Origin: a candidate division FCPU426 bacterium
GTDB lineage: Bacteria; Oederibacteriota; Muellerivitia; Muellerivitales; Muellerivitaceae
Reading direction: 5' to 3'
Assembly: GCA_963847625.1 (NCBI GenBank)
Contig: CAWKAR010000016.1
Span: 1-54,494 of the forward strand
DNA: 54,494 bases
Shown: piece by piece, positions 38,835-48,926 of the stretch
How positions within the stretch are numbered: position 1 is the stretch's first letter
How the letters are laid out: each line of letters begins with the position of its first letter
Notes under the pieces: model-generated
Database searches by the model: none
Told to the model about the DNA's origin: nothing
Seen by the model: the letters and a program-made list of their open reading frames with translations, nothing else
Position numbers and translations under genes: made by a program

Positions 38835-40454
38835 TCAATTTTTCAGGCCCAGAACGCTGTAAGCGAGGACCTTCTCGGCTTTTCCTTTGACCTTGATCGG
38901 ATCCAGCATCGTAGCGTTGACCTTGTTCTTTACTCTTTCGTATGTCGTGGCAGAAATAAGAATTTGACCCTTCTCAGCAACTGATTCCAGGCGCTGGGTC
39001 AGGTTGACATTGTCCCCGATGGCGGTGTATTCCATGCGTTCGTTAGAACCAATGTTTCCTACGATTACTTCTCCGGTATTGATGCCGATGCCGATGTTCA
39101 CTTCTTTTTTCCCCTCCATTTTCCATTTGGCCTGGAGAGCCTTCATTTTCTCGTTCATTTCAATGGCGGTAAAAACAGCCCGTTCGGCGTGGTCAGGCAT
39201 GTCGATGGGGGCGCCGTAAATGGCCATAATGGCGTCTCCCATGAACTTATCCAGGGTGCCCTCATACTTGAAGATGATGGAGGCCATGGCGCTGAAATAC
39301 TCGTTCAGGATATGGACGACTTCCTCCGGGCCCAGGGTTTCCGACATGGGCGTGAATCCCCGGATGTCCGAAAAGAAAATAGTCACCAATTTCTTTTCCC
39401 CCCCCAATTTCAATCCGTCTTTCTGCTCGAGGATGCGGTCTACCACGCTTTTGGCGACATATTTCGAAAAAGCGCCCTTGATGACTTCTTTTTCCATGAG
39501 GGATTTGGCCATTTTATTGAAGGCCTCGGTCAGGTCCCCCAATTCGTCGGAACGTCGGATATTTATTTTTTGGTCGAAATTGCCCGCCGCGATGGCGGAT
39601 ACACCCTTAACCAAAAGGCGGATGGGTTTGACGAGTATGGTTACGAATACGGTCATGCCGAGGACTCCTAAAAGCAGGATTCCTACGGTCGTCAAGATGA
39701 TGGCCACTCCCACATATCGAACAACGCGGGTAATGGTGTTTTGGTTCATGCCCAAGTGCACTTCCCCGATCTTGTAAGTTTTTCCCTCGAGAATGCTGCT
39801 GATAGGCGCGGCGATGTCGTAATAGGTCTTCGTACCCAGCTTGTAAGCTTGAGTCAGGACAGGTTCTTCCCCCAGGAGCTGGGTGCCGGTTGGCAGCTGG
39901 TAAACGACATGTTGCATGACGTTTTGGATATTGTTATCCGCAACGATTTTTTTGTCCTTGTCCAGGATCTTGATGTATTCCATGTCCCCTTTCTTCACCT
40001 CGGATTCGTCCGGCCAGAGAAATTGGCGGACCCACCCATCCGCCATATTGGTGTAAAAGAGAAGTTTTTCCTGGAAAGGGTTTAAACCGGAGGGTATGTT
40101 GCGGACGGAGGCGCTGGATTCCAAGTTCATGGCGTCATGGGTCAATTGGAGAAGAACCAGGGTGCTGTCTTCCCCGCCGGCGCCCTGCTGGCCAGCTGTT
40201 AGGGATAGCAATTTGATCATTGGATCCACGCTGTTCAGGGCCAAGCTTCGGGCCTCGGATTCCCCGCGTTCAATGACCTGTTGGATCAGGGTTCCGCGCA
40301 TTTGGGCTAGAATCAACCAAGTCACCACTAACATGACCCCGCAAATAAGGAAGGTCAAAACCAGGATAAACTTGACTCTGAGGGAAAATAAGTGGTGCTT
40401 GATGACAGATGTGACTTTCTGGGATCCTATTGGGGATGAAATGTTCTTGCTCAA
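38835..40454 (-). CDS. membrane-bound class III adenylate cyclase with HAMP domain
   Basis: 2 TMs, HAMP (DELGDLTEAFNKM), FSDIRGFT, DKFMGDAIMA, YTAIGDNVNLTQRLE. Confidence 0.92.
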   Translation of the reverse strand: MSKNISSPIGSQKVTSVIKHHLFSLRVKFILVLTFLICGVMLVVTWLILAQMRGTLIQQVIERGESEARSLALNSVDPMIKLLSLTAGQQGAGGEDSTLVLLQLTHDAMNLESSASVRNIPSGLNPFQEKLLFYTNMADGWVRQFLWPDESEVKKGDMEYIKILDKDKKIVADNNIQNVMQHVVYQLPTGTQLLGEEPVLTQAYKLGTKTYYDIAAPISSILEGKTYKIGEVHLGMNQNTITRVVRYVGVAIILTTVGILLLGVLGMTVFVTILVKPIRLLVKGVSAIAAGNFDQKINIRRSDELGDLTEAFNKMAKSLMEKEVIKGAFSKYVAKSVVDRILEQKDGLKLGGEKKLVTIFFSDIRGFTPMSETLGPEEVVHILNEYFSAMASIIFKYEGTLDKFMGDAIMAIYGAPIDMPDHAERAVFTAIEMNEKMKALQAKWKMEGKKEVNIGIGINTGEVIVGNIGSNERMEYTAIGDNVNLTQRLESVAEKGQILISATTYERVKNKVNATMLDPIKVKGKAEKVLAYSVLGLKN

Positions 40455-40628
40455 AATGGCTGTCCTCGGGATTAAATGGAAGTGTGTTTACTATAAACAA
40501 GCAGATGGGGCCTGTCAAATACAGCGAGACATCAGGAAGGTGACTGTGAAACCCACTTCTTGAAACTTTTAATAATCAATCCCGCCCCTGTGGAAAAAAA
40601 TAACAGGATCGAGCCACAAGGGTGGGTT

Positions 40629-41384
40629 TTAGCCTTCCGATCGATCTCCACCCGCAGTTTCATTTTCCGGGGGAATATCCTGAGAAGTTTCTATTCCTGA
40701 TCCAGAATCAACCTTATTCCCCGGACCTATTGGAGGTTCCTCTTGAACCATTACAGCATCCTGTTCCAATTCCAGTGAATGGGGCAGGCCCAACTTCGTT
40801 TCCCGCCTACGCAGTTCCCCCTCCATTTCTTTGAGAAATTCGGGCGAAGGCCGATCTCCGGCCAACTCCTGGATTTCCGAAATCTTTGGCAGGTCCGACA
40901 GGTCCTTCAAGCCGAAATGGATGAGGAACTCGTGAGTTGTACCGTATAAAAGAGGCCGTCCCGGAGTCTCGGACCGTCCCAGGATACGGATCATCCTTTT
41001 TTCCAAAAGGGATTGGATGAGGTTGCTGACTTCCACACCGCGGATGGCTTCCACCTCGGCCCGGGTCACGGGTTGCTTGTATGCGATAATGGCTAAAGCC
41101 TCTAAGGCGGCCTTGGAAAGTCGAGTTTTGGAAATGACCCTATAGAGTTCCTTGGCGTATGGGTGGTACTGGGACCGCGTGACAAATTGGAAACCCTCCG
41201 CAATTTCCATCAATTGGAAACTGCGGTCCATTCCGTTGATTTCCGTCTGGAGGGTTCGGAAGGCCTCCTGAATTTCCGGCTCGGAAGCTTCCTTCAGGAA
41301 AGAGGATACTTTTTTTACTGATAGCGGGATTTCGCTTACAAAAAGCAGGCTTTCGAGGATTTTTTTCAGCATTTCCGATTCCAT
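40629..41384 (-). CDS. scpB: SMC-Scp complex subunit ScpB
   Basis: LSKAALEALAIIAYKQPVTRAEVEAIRGV, PGRPLLYGTT.EFL.HFGL. Confidence 0.95.
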   Translation of the reverse strand: MESEMLKKILESLLFVSEIPLSVKKVSSFLKEASEPEIQEAFRTLQTEINGMDRSFQLMEIAEGFQFVTRSQYHPYAKELYRVISKTRLSKAALEALAIIAYKQPVTRAEVEAIRGVEVSNLIQSLLEKRMIRILGRSETPGRPLLYGTTHEFLIHFGLKDLSDLPKISEIQELAGDRPSPEFLKEMEGELRRRETKLGLPHSLELEQDAVMVQEEPPIGPGNKVDSGSGIETSQDIPPENETAGGDRSEG

Positions 41385-41588
41385 GAAACTTATTCTCCTC
41401 TAAAGTCCATTCTTTTTACCACAGAGACTGAAAGAGCGGTTAAAAAATTAAAAATCTGCCAAAGGAAAAGCTCTTTTTTTGATTTTTTCAATCTTTTCGG
41501 ATTAAAAATAGGGAGCAATTTGTAATTCTCTAGCATATTTGGGCCATGCTGCTGCCTAGAGCCGGTATTCGAAAGTGATTTCTAACTT

Positions 41589-42440
41589 TCATGTAGTTCC
41601 CGGGTTTTCCGTGATCTGCGATTGGAGCAATATGATTTCAATCTCCCCGAAAACCTTATGTTGCACCGCCTTGACCAGCTTAAGCCGAATCAATTCCAGC
41701 AAAGCTAAAAGGGATGTGATTTTCTCGATTTTCGTCCGGCAGGCCTCCAGGAACGGCCTGAAGATCATGTGGGGATTGGCCTCAAGCAGATCCATCAAAT
41801 CGTTGATCTTTTGGCTCACCGTGATTTCGGGCCGGGTCAATTCCGCCGAGACATCTTCCTGGGAATGGATCAAAACGTCCTTGAAGGCCGATAAAAGTCC
41901 GAAAAGGCTGACTTCTTGAAGATGTTCCTCCTCCCCCACTTCCTTGAAATCCTGCGGTACCATGCGGGGCAGCAGATGGTGCCGGTTTTTTTCCAGGCCC
42001 ATCAGTTGGTCGGCGGCATCCTTGAATTTCTTGTACTCGATCAACCGCCTCATGAGCTCAAGTCGGGGGTCTTCCTCAGGTTGGTCAGGGGAGGGGTCCA
42101 CCGGCAGGAGCATCCGGCTCTTGATGTGCATGAGGGTGGAGGCCATGACGATGAAATCGCCGGCCATCTCCAGGTTCAGGGCCCGCATCAGGTCCAGGTA
42201 AGCCAGGTATTCCCGGGTGATCTTGGAAATAGGAATGTCATAGATGTCAAGCTCGTGTTCCTTGATCAGATGCAAAAGAAGGTCCATCGGTCCGTCGAAA
42301 TGAGGAAGGGTGATCTGGTAAGTAGCCCGCTGATCCTCGGGATGGAGAATCTCCTTGATGGTCACCGTGGTCACGGCGGGAGAGACTTCAATGGAAACGG
42401 GCTTTTCGGTGTCCGCGTTTTGTTCCGTGCTCTCGCTCAT
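41589..42440 (-). CDS. scpA: segregation and condensation protein ScpA
   Basis: FDGPMDLLLHLI, IKSRMLLP, LALLELI. Confidence 0.95.
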   Translation of the reverse strand: MSESTEQNADTEKPVSIEVSPAVTTVTIKEILHPEDQRATYQITLPHFDGPMDLLLHLIKEHELDIYDIPISKITREYLAYLDLMRALNLEMAGDFIVMASTLMHIKSRMLLPVDPSPDQPEEDPRLELMRRLIEYKKFKDAADQLMGLEKNRHHLLPRMVPQDFKEVGEEEHLQEVSLFGLLSAFKDVLIHSQEDVSAELTRPEITVSQKINDLMDLLEANPHMIFRPFLEACRTKIEKITSLLALLELIRLKLVKAVQHKVFGEIEIILLQSQITENPGTT

Positions 42441-42513
42441 TTCAACCTCAATCGGAAATAAAAAACTAAAATGTTATCATTTTAAATCTCAAAAATCTTG
42501 TGGCGGCTTTCGA

Positions 42514-43539
42514 TTAAAGACCAAAATTCAGGATTCCCTTCTTGACCCGGGAAAAAGGGATGCCAACCGCTTCATAAACCTGCTCCAGGGTGGCGGAAGC
42601 CATCTTCCGGGCGCGGAGCGCGCCATCCACCAGTACTTCCTCCACTCGTTCGGGTTCCCGGTCCAACTTACGCCGCCGTTCCCGGGCCTCGCCCCCAAAA
42701 ACCTCCTCCAGCTTCACGGCCAGCCTTTTTTTGGCCTCGCCGTACCCCATGCCCCCTTTCCGGAAACCTTTTTCCATCTCGGCGCATTCGTCGGGTGTTG
42801 CTACCAGTTTGTACAAGAGGTAAATCACGTTTTGCTCGGGGTCCTTGGGTTCGTCCACGCCCTTGGAGTCGGTCACGATACCCATGACCTTCTTCTTGAT
42901 CTCGGCAGATTCGCCGAATATGGGGATCATGCTTTCCTCGTCGCTTTTGCTCATTTTGCCGCCAGTCAGCCCCACGACCTTGGGCATCTCCCCCAAGACC
43001 CCTTCTGGGATTTTAAAAACCGGTTTCTTGAAGGTGTTATTAAAATAACCCGCCATATCCCTTGTCATCTCGATATGTTGGATCTGGTCCTGGCCCACCG
43101 GCACCCTGTCGCTTTGGTAGATAAGAATATCCGCCGCCATTAGAACAGGATAAAAGAAAAGGCCCACCCCAGGCGCGAAACCCTTCGCCAATTTATCCTT
43201 ATAGGAATGGGCCCTTTCCAAAAGACCCATCCCCGTAACGGTGCTCAGAATCCAGGCAAGTTCGGCCACCTCCGGCACGTCGCTTTGGCGGAATAGGAGA
43301 GCCTTGGCGGGATTAAGGCCGAGGGCCAAGTAATCAGCCGCGACCATAAAGGTGTATTTTCTCAGCAATTCGGGTTCTTGAAGGGTGGTGAGCGAATGGT
43401 AATTCGCGATGAAATACAGGCACTCTCCCTCTTCTTGAAGGCGAATATGGTTGCGGACAGCCCCAAAATAATTACCTAGGTGGAGCCGGTTGCTTGGCTG
43501 GACACCCGATAGGTAACGGATCGGTACTTTAGGTCCCAA
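42514..43539 (-). CDS. trpS: tryptophan--tRNA ligase
   Basis: HLGNYFG, YPVLMAADIL, VPVGQDQIQH, KMSKS. Confidence 0.96.
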   Translation of the reverse strand: MGPKVPIRYLSGVQPSNRLHLGNYFGAVRNHIRLQEEGECLYFIANYHSLTTLQEPELLRKYTFMVAADYLALGLNPAKALLFRQSDVPEVAELAWILSTVTGMGLLERAHSYKDKLAKGFAPGVGLFFYPVLMAADILIYQSDRVPVGQDQIQHIEMTRDMAGYFNNTFKKPVFKIPEGVLGEMPKVVGLTGGKMSKSDEESMIPIFGESAEIKKKVMGIVTDSKGVDEPKDPEQNVIYLLYKLVATPDECAEMEKGFRKGGMGYGEAKKRLAVKLEEVFGGEARERRRKLDREPERVEEVLVDGALRARKMASATLEQVYEAVGIPFSRVKKGILNFGL

Positions 43540-43580
43540 TCAAACCCCCTTTGATTCGTGGTTCAACACCATGACCAAAC

Positions 43581-44267
43581 TCATCCTTGATTAATCATTC
43601 CAGCCAGATGGTCCAAGCCGACTAGGTTCAATAGTAAATATAATCCAATGACAACGGGGGTAAACAAAAAATTAAGCCAACCCAGATAAAACCCAGCGAA
43701 AAGCAGGTACGCCCCATATCGATCCACGCGGGAGTAGGCGTAAGCCCATTGGCCGGGAAGTAAAGCCTTGAGGATCCAGGACCCATCCAGTGGAAAAATC
43801 GGGATCAGGTTGAAAACAGCCAGGGCAAAGTTGATCCAAAAAAATGTTTTTAAAAAGCCCACTACCGTGATAGCCGAGAACTGCCCTATCCCCCCAAAAC
43901 CTGTCCGATCCAGAAGAAACAATGCCAACAGGGAGAAAAGGCAAAGAATGATATTGGCAAAAGGGCCCGCAAAAGCCACAAGAGCCCCGTCTCTGCGTGG
44001 GTTCTTTAAATTTTCAGGCGTTATGGGCACGGGTTTGGCCCACCCAAAAATCAAAAAATTTGGAAAAAAGAGTCCTAGAAGGGGAAACAAAACCGTACCG
44101 AAGAAGTCCATATGGGCCCGCGGATCCAGAGTCAGACGGCCCAGCATACGGGCAGTGGGATCCCCCAACCGGTTGGCCATATAAGCATGTCCGAATTCAT
44201 GTAAACATAAGGAAAAAAGCAAAATACTGAAATTCAAAAGGATGTGGAGGAGTCTTGATTCATCCAT
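43581..44267 (-). CDS. site-2 protease family (M50) membrane metalloprotease
   Basis: HEFGH, AGPFAN, FNLIPIFPLDGS. Confidence 0.93.
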   Translation of the reverse strand: MDESRLLHILLNFSILLFSLCLHEFGHAYMANRLGDPTARMLGRLTLDPRAHMDFFGTVLFPLLGLFFPNFLIFGWAKPVPITPENLKNPRRDGALVAFAGPFANIILCLFSLLALFLLDRTGFGGIGQFSAITVVGFLKTFFWINFALAVFNLIPIFPLDGSWILKALLPGQWAYAYSRVDRYGAYLLFAGFYLGWLNFLFTPVVIGLYLLLNLVGLDHLAGMINQG

Positions 44268-44326
44268 GCAATATCCTTATAAGAAACACTTTACAATGGA
44301 GTTACCCAGTCACGGCCTTCAACAAG

Positions 44327-45589
44327 TCAGCCTACAAAAGTTGTTTTTACCCAATGGAGAGCTTGGTCGCGATTCCTGAATTTCCCGTCCAACTGCCCGT
44401 TCAAAGCTTCCAGCAGGATAAAGGAATAGCGGAACCCTGGGACGATCCCAAGGACTTGTAGGTCGCGGCCCCTCACCCAGGGTATTGAATTGCGGATTTT
44501 CAAGAAATAGGCCTGCAGTTTCTTGCGCAGCCCTTCCGAAGCTGCTGCCAGCAGGAAGCACTGAACTTCCGGCCTTAAGGGGCAAAGCAGCCTGTACATT
44601 TGGCTGACAGTGATACCTTTCACGTCCAATTCCGCCAGGTAGCCGGGCTGGGCCTTGGCAGACTGCGAAACTATCTTTTGTTCAATGCGTGAAAGAGTCA
44701 GGCGTTTGATGAGCGAAGTGGTCTGTTTATTGCCGCGCGTTTTGAGAAGGGCCTGGAACCAGACCATTTTATCCTGATCGATTGGCATGCGGTTTCGGCG
44801 GAAGAAGCGGATCGCGTTCGCCACATGCGGTAGGGCTCTTTTAGCCGCTTCCGATACTCCTAATCCCGGATGAACCCGCGGCAGTACCCCTAACTCGTCC
44901 AGCCTGCGGACCGCGTTTTCGGGCTTGGGTTCCTGGAAAATAAGCCTCAGCTCGTTCCGCAGCCTTTCACCCGATACTTTTTGAATGAAATTTCCTTTCA
45001 CGGCAGCCAACAGCCATTTTCGCGTTTTTTCCTCGATGCGCTTGCCGAATCGCTGTTCAAAACGTACTGCCCTGAAAATGCGAGTGGGGTCGTCCTCGAA
45101 GCTTTTCTCGTGAAGCGCCCTGACCCTTCCTTTTCGAAGGTCTTCCAGTCCCCCGAAAGGATCCAGGAGTTTTAGGAAATATCCCGGCATCAGACTCAGG
45201 GCCATGGCATTGATGGTAAAATCCCTCCGATAGAGGTCCTGGACGATTCCGCTCCACTTGACCGCCGGCAGGGCCCCGGGTTTCTCGTAGCTTTCGGTTC
45301 GGGCGGTTGCCACATCCACCTTGCCAAAACCCGGGATGACCACGATGGAGGTGCCAAATCGGGTAAAGGATTCCACTTCGGAACCTGTTTTGCGGGCTAG
45401 TTCCTCGGCAAAGGTAACCCCGTCCCCTTCCACCGTTATGTCGATATCCATGACCGCCTTGCCCAGGAAAAGATCCCGTACAAAGCCACCAACCGCATAG
45501 GCGGCCTCACCCCGGTGCTCCGCTAAGCACCCAACTTTTCCGAGAAGAGCTTTGGTTTTGGGTGGGATTTTAAAAGAATTGTTTTTCAT
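44327..45589 (-). CDS. tRNA nucleotidyltransferase (CCA/A-adding type)
   Basis: VGGFVRDL..DID, DVATAR.E.Y..PGALP, DLYRRDFTINAM, SFEDDPTRIFRA.RF. Confidence 0.9.
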   Translation of the reverse strand: MKNNSFKIPPKTKALLGKVGCLAEHRGEAAYAVGGFVRDLFLGKAVMDIDITVEGDGVTFAEELARKTGSEVESFTRFGTSIVVIPGFGKVDVATARTESYEKPGALPAVKWSGIVQDLYRRDFTINAMALSLMPGYFLKLLDPFGGLEDLRKGRVRALHEKSFEDDPTRIFRAVRFEQRFGKRIEEKTRKWLLAAVKGNFIQKVSGERLRNELRLIFQEPKPENAVRRLDELGVLPRVHPGLGVSEAAKRALPHVANAIRFFRRNRMPIDQDKMVWFQALLKTRGNKQTTSLIKRLTLSRIEQKIVSQSAKAQPGYLAELDVKGITVSQMYRLLCPLRPEVQCFLLAAASEGLRKKLQAYFLKIRNSIPWVRGRDLQVLGIVPGFRYSFILLEALNGQLDGKFRNRDQALHWVKTTFVG

Positions 45590-45761
45590 AGTTACCTCGA
45601 AATCCGGAAATTAAAAAGTAGTGGGTTAAATGGAGAGAAAACCTTTTCAACAGCATAGCAGGAAAGCATGCCCAGGCAAGAATGATTGGAAAAAATTCTC
45701 AAGGATTTAATCCCATTGAGATAGGCCATTCTTATCCAGAGCTATGAATTTGACCGTTTTG

Positions 45762-46163
45762 TTAAGTATTAAAATCACCCACCGCTGGGAAAGCGTTCTG
45801 GATATGACAGATCTTAGGAAACCCTATCCAGTTCTTTTCCGGCCCCAGAGTAATTACGTCAAAGCGGCAGGAAATACCTTTCCTGGCGTGGATAGCCAGG
45901 TAGGCCGCAGCCGCAGCCGAGAGGCGTTCGACTTTTCGGGGAGAAACCGCCTCCAGCCCTGACCCCTGTTTCCCACTCCGCCGGCTCTTCACTTCAACAA
46001 AAACTAAAATCTCTCCCTTCCGGGCGACTAGGTCAATCTCCCCCTGGGGCACGCGGTAATTCTTTTCCAGGATCCGGTATCCTTTTAGCCGCAGGAAAAC
46101 CGCTGCGCTTTCTTCGGCCTTTTTGCCTTTTTGGTGGGTGCTTACACTTCTTCGTTTTTCCAT
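45762..46163 (-). CDS. yraN: YraN family endonuclease-like protein
   Basis: G..AE..A..FL..KGY.IL..NYR...GEIDLVA....LVFVEVK.R; start at MEKRR. Confidence 0.9.
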   Translation of the reverse strand: MEKRRSVSTHQKGKKAEESAAVFLRLKGYRILEKNYRVPQGEIDLVARKGEILVFVEVKSRRSGKQGSGLEAVSPRKVERLSAAAAAYLAIHARKGISCRFDVITLGPEKNWIGFPKICHIQNAFPAVGDFNT

Positions 46164-47119
46164 TTTTCCCTTTTGTCCCGGAATAATTCCCGCAGGTCTT
46201 CCAATTCCATTTCGGAAAGTTGCGCGAGGGCCCGGCGCTTGATTTGATGACCGGTTTGCTTGAGTTCGAAAAGGTTTTGGGCAAGGTTTAATTTTCCCTT
46301 CCAATAGCCAAAAGGCCCGCCCAGCGCATTTTGGGCTAGGATTTCCGAAACCGGACCGAAGGTCAGCCTGTGTTCCGGGCAAATACCGTATGTTTTCAAC
46401 GCACCTAAATGCTCTTCGGTGCCGTATCCCTTATGGCTCAAAAAACCAAATTGGGGGTATTTTTGGTGGAGTTCCTCCATGAGCCTGTCCCGTGTGACTT
46501 TCGCGATGATAGAAGCTGCCGCGATGCTCGCGGATTTTGAATCACCGTGGATCAGGGGTTTTTGTGCTGTACTTGCGAACTTCGGCATGGGCATGGCGTC
46601 GGTCAACAGATAATCTGGGGGGGAGGCCAGGGCCTCGATAGCCCTTTCCATGGCAAGTCTTGCAGCCCGGTAAATGTTAAATTGATCGATTTCCACAACG
46701 CTGGATTGTCCCACACCGACTTCGACTGATTTTTCATGAATCAGTCCGAAAAGTTCCTCCCGCTTGGAAGCGGAAAGTTTTTTTGAATCGTCCAAACCGG
46801 GAAGGAAGCAATCGGGTGGTAGAACCACTGCGGCCGCGACAACGGGGCCGGCCAATGGACCCCGGCCCGCCTCATCCAAGCCGGCGATTCGTCTATATCC
46901 GACCGAAGCTGCGTCCTTTTCATAAACCCAAAGAGAAGCCAATCGAACACTTTCGCGTGATTCCCTTAAGGCTTTCCTTTGGAATTTGGCGACCAATCTT
47001 TTAGCGCCGGGCCGGGGATCTTCCTTGAGAGATTCCAGGAGAAACTCCAGTGTTTTTTGCGTGGAGGCCTCCTGAAGAGCCCTAACTTCAAGTTCCGAGA
47101 TCGGGAGTCGCTGTGTCAT
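46142..47119 (-). CDS. rnhB: ribonuclease HII
   Basis: AGLDEAGRGPLAGPVVAAAV, DSKKL, SIAAASIIAKVTRD, HKGYGT. Confidence 0.96.
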   Translation of the reverse strand: MTQRLPISELEVRALQEASTQKTLEFLLESLKEDPRPGAKRLVAKFQRKALRESRESVRLASLWVYEKDAASVGYRRIAGLDEAGRGPLAGPVVAAAVVLPPDCFLPGLDDSKKLSASKREELFGLIHEKSVEVGVGQSSVVEIDQFNIYRAARLAMERAIEALASPPDYLLTDAMPMPKFASTAQKPLIHGDSKSASIAAASIIAKVTRDRLMEELHQKYPQFGFLSHKGYGTEEHLGALKTYGICPEHRLTFGPVSEILAQNALGGPFGYWKGKLNLAQNLFELKQTGHQIKRRALAQLSEMELEDLRELFRDKREKWKNEEV

Positions 47120-48812
47120 AGACGGTTGGTGTTACCACGCCGACAGTGGGTTTGTTATGGACGGTTGGAATCGGATTTCCCGCTCCGGCTGTCGGAGTGA
47201 GACCGGAAGCGGCAGCGCCCTCCGAGGAAGGGGTGGCTATTTTTGTGGGGATCTTCTCCGCTTCGGCGGGAGGTTCAGTCAGCATGGTCACGGGAACAGC
47301 CTCGGCAATAACTTTATCATTATTGGTCTTCAAAATCGCCCTAAGAACAACGGGATACACCTTTTTTTCGCCTTTTTTAGTTTGAAGAGGAATGGTGAGT
47401 GTTTTCAATTCCGAGGTTAGGACGGTGCCAATCTCCCAATCCAAAACGTTGTCCTTGAGTGTCCAAGTACCGGCCACCGTTGAAGCCACCTTGTCCTGAG
47501 GAGGAGGAACTGGTGTCGGAGAACCCGGAGTCACAGCGATTGTAATCTTGGGAGTTGGGGTGAAGGTGGCCTGGGTCGGGGTGGGGGTGACGTTTGTAAG
47601 CCAAGCAGGGGGTGAGGCAATCGGAGTCGGTGTCTCTTTGGAAACATAGGGCTCAAAACCCCTTGGAAGCGAAACTTCAAAGGTGACCGGAGGTGAAGTT
47701 TTGGGGCTCTGGTTCATAAAGGAGTAGACAATAGTCCAATAGGATATTTTCTTAGTTGGTTTCTTAGCCTCGCCCTTGAAGAGAAAGGAGTATTTGGCCG
47801 GTTCCCCGTTGGGTGAAAACTTCAAAATGGTCCCGTTTTGACCCACTATGAAACCCAAATTATTTTTATAAAAAGTGATTCCGTTTAAGGCCGGCTTTCC
47901 TTCGGGCTTCACGTGGGATATCCATCGGGTTCCATCGTAATAAATAAGGGTCCCATCCTGCCCCACGGCCCAGCCGTTACTGTCATCAAGCATAAAGATG
48001 CGGTAGAGATCGAAACCGGAAAAGGCGCTCCCCATCTTATTCCAAGTGGTCCCGTTATACTGCAGGATGGTGCCGAAGGCTCCCACGATCCATGCCTGGA
48101 CATCGCTGATTGCCGAGACCGAGTTCAGCCTCTCCGTGGTGGGAGGAGCCCCCACATAGGGCACCCAATTCTGTCCGTCATAGTGGATGATCAGCCCCCG
48201 ATTACCAACCGCCCAGCCGTTGTTCTGGTCCGTCAAACCTAAACCGTAGATATCATCCTTTACCGTCACACCGGATTGGGTCACGACATTCTGCCCCCAG
48301 GAAATACCGTTGTATCGCAGGAGGGTCCCGTTGGCCCCCGCCACCCAAACAGTCCGGGATCGGGTCACAGCAACATCGTATAGGGTTTCCTCGCTTTGGG
48401 AATTTTGCTGGCTCCAAGACCCGTTGTTGTAGTAAAGGATAGTCCCATGGGTGCCAACCGCCCATCCCTCGGTTTCACTGGCGAAGGCCAGGGCCATGAG
48501 GTTTTCGTTCTTGGCGTACCCTGTATCGATCTTGGCCCAAGTCTCTCCGTCGTATTTCAAGACGATTCCATTATTTCCACAGGCCCAGCCGGATTTTTTA
48601 GCAGTTAAGCAGACGTCATTTAAAGGATCCGTCAGGCCGAAGGTTACCGGAAAATTGGACCAATAAATGACATCCGTTTCCGTGGAGTTGGAGGCTTCCG
48701 GCGTGGAGGCGCGGGAAGGAGAAAGCGGGGTTACTGCCCCGCTTCCCGTGCATCCGGTTTGAAGGGCGACGGCAAGGGCTAAAATAGCAAATCGGACGAA
48801 ATTTTTTTTCAT
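47088..48812 (-). CDS. lipoprotein with YCF48-like beta-propeller and Pro/Thr-rich tail
   Basis: Lipobox LQTG-C; repeated GWAVG..G.IL.Y.G..W blades; start at MKKNFVR. Confidence 0.8.
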   Translation of the reverse strand: MKKNFVRFAILALAVALQTGCTGSGAVTPLSPSRASTPEASNSTETDVIYWSNFPVTFGLTDPLNDVCLTAKKSGWACGNNGIVLKYDGETWAKIDTGYAKNENLMALAFASETEGWAVGTHGTILYYNNGSWSQQNSQSEETLYDVAVTRSRTVWVAGANGTLLRYNGISWGQNVVTQSGVTVKDDIYGLGLTDQNNGWAVGNRGLIIHYDGQNWVPYVGAPPTTERLNSVSAISDVQAWIVGAFGTILQYNGTTWNKMGSAFSGFDLYRIFMLDDSNGWAVGQDGTLIYYDGTRWISHVKPEGKPALNGITFYKNNLGFIVGQNGTILKFSPNGEPAKYSFLFKGEAKKPTKKISYWTIVYSFMNQSPKTSPPVTFEVSLPRGFEPYVSKETPTPIASPPAWLTNVTPTPTQATFTPTPKITIAVTPGSPTPVPPPQDKVASTVAGTWTLKDNVLDWEIGTVLTSELKTLTIPLQTKKGEKKVYPVVLRAILKTNNDKVIAEAVPVTMLTEPPAEAEKIPTKIATPSSEGAAASGLTPTAGAGNPIPTVHNKPTVGVVTPTVYDTATPDLGT

Positions 48813-48864
48813 AGGTGTTATCCTACCTTCGATTGGAGGATCGTGCAATAGATGGCCGAGAAAC

Positions 48865-48894
48865 AAAAAACCGCCGCGTTTCAACGAGGCGGTT
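48865..48894 (-). terminator. intrinsic terminator after rplS
   Basis: Minus strand AACCGCC..GGCGGTT hairpin followed by a T run. Confidence 0.7.
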
Positions 48895-48926
48895 CAATGG
48901 TAAGCGATATACGCTCGTAAAGAAGG

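Noticed and set aside
42355..43143. 262-aa plus-strand ORF and similar antisense ORFs over katG, mutS and the cyclase
   Set aside because: Antisense to well-supported genes and without motifs
45762..46382. 206-aa N-terminally extended YraN
   Set aside because: The extension lies inside rnhB; the real start is most likely the ATG at 46163
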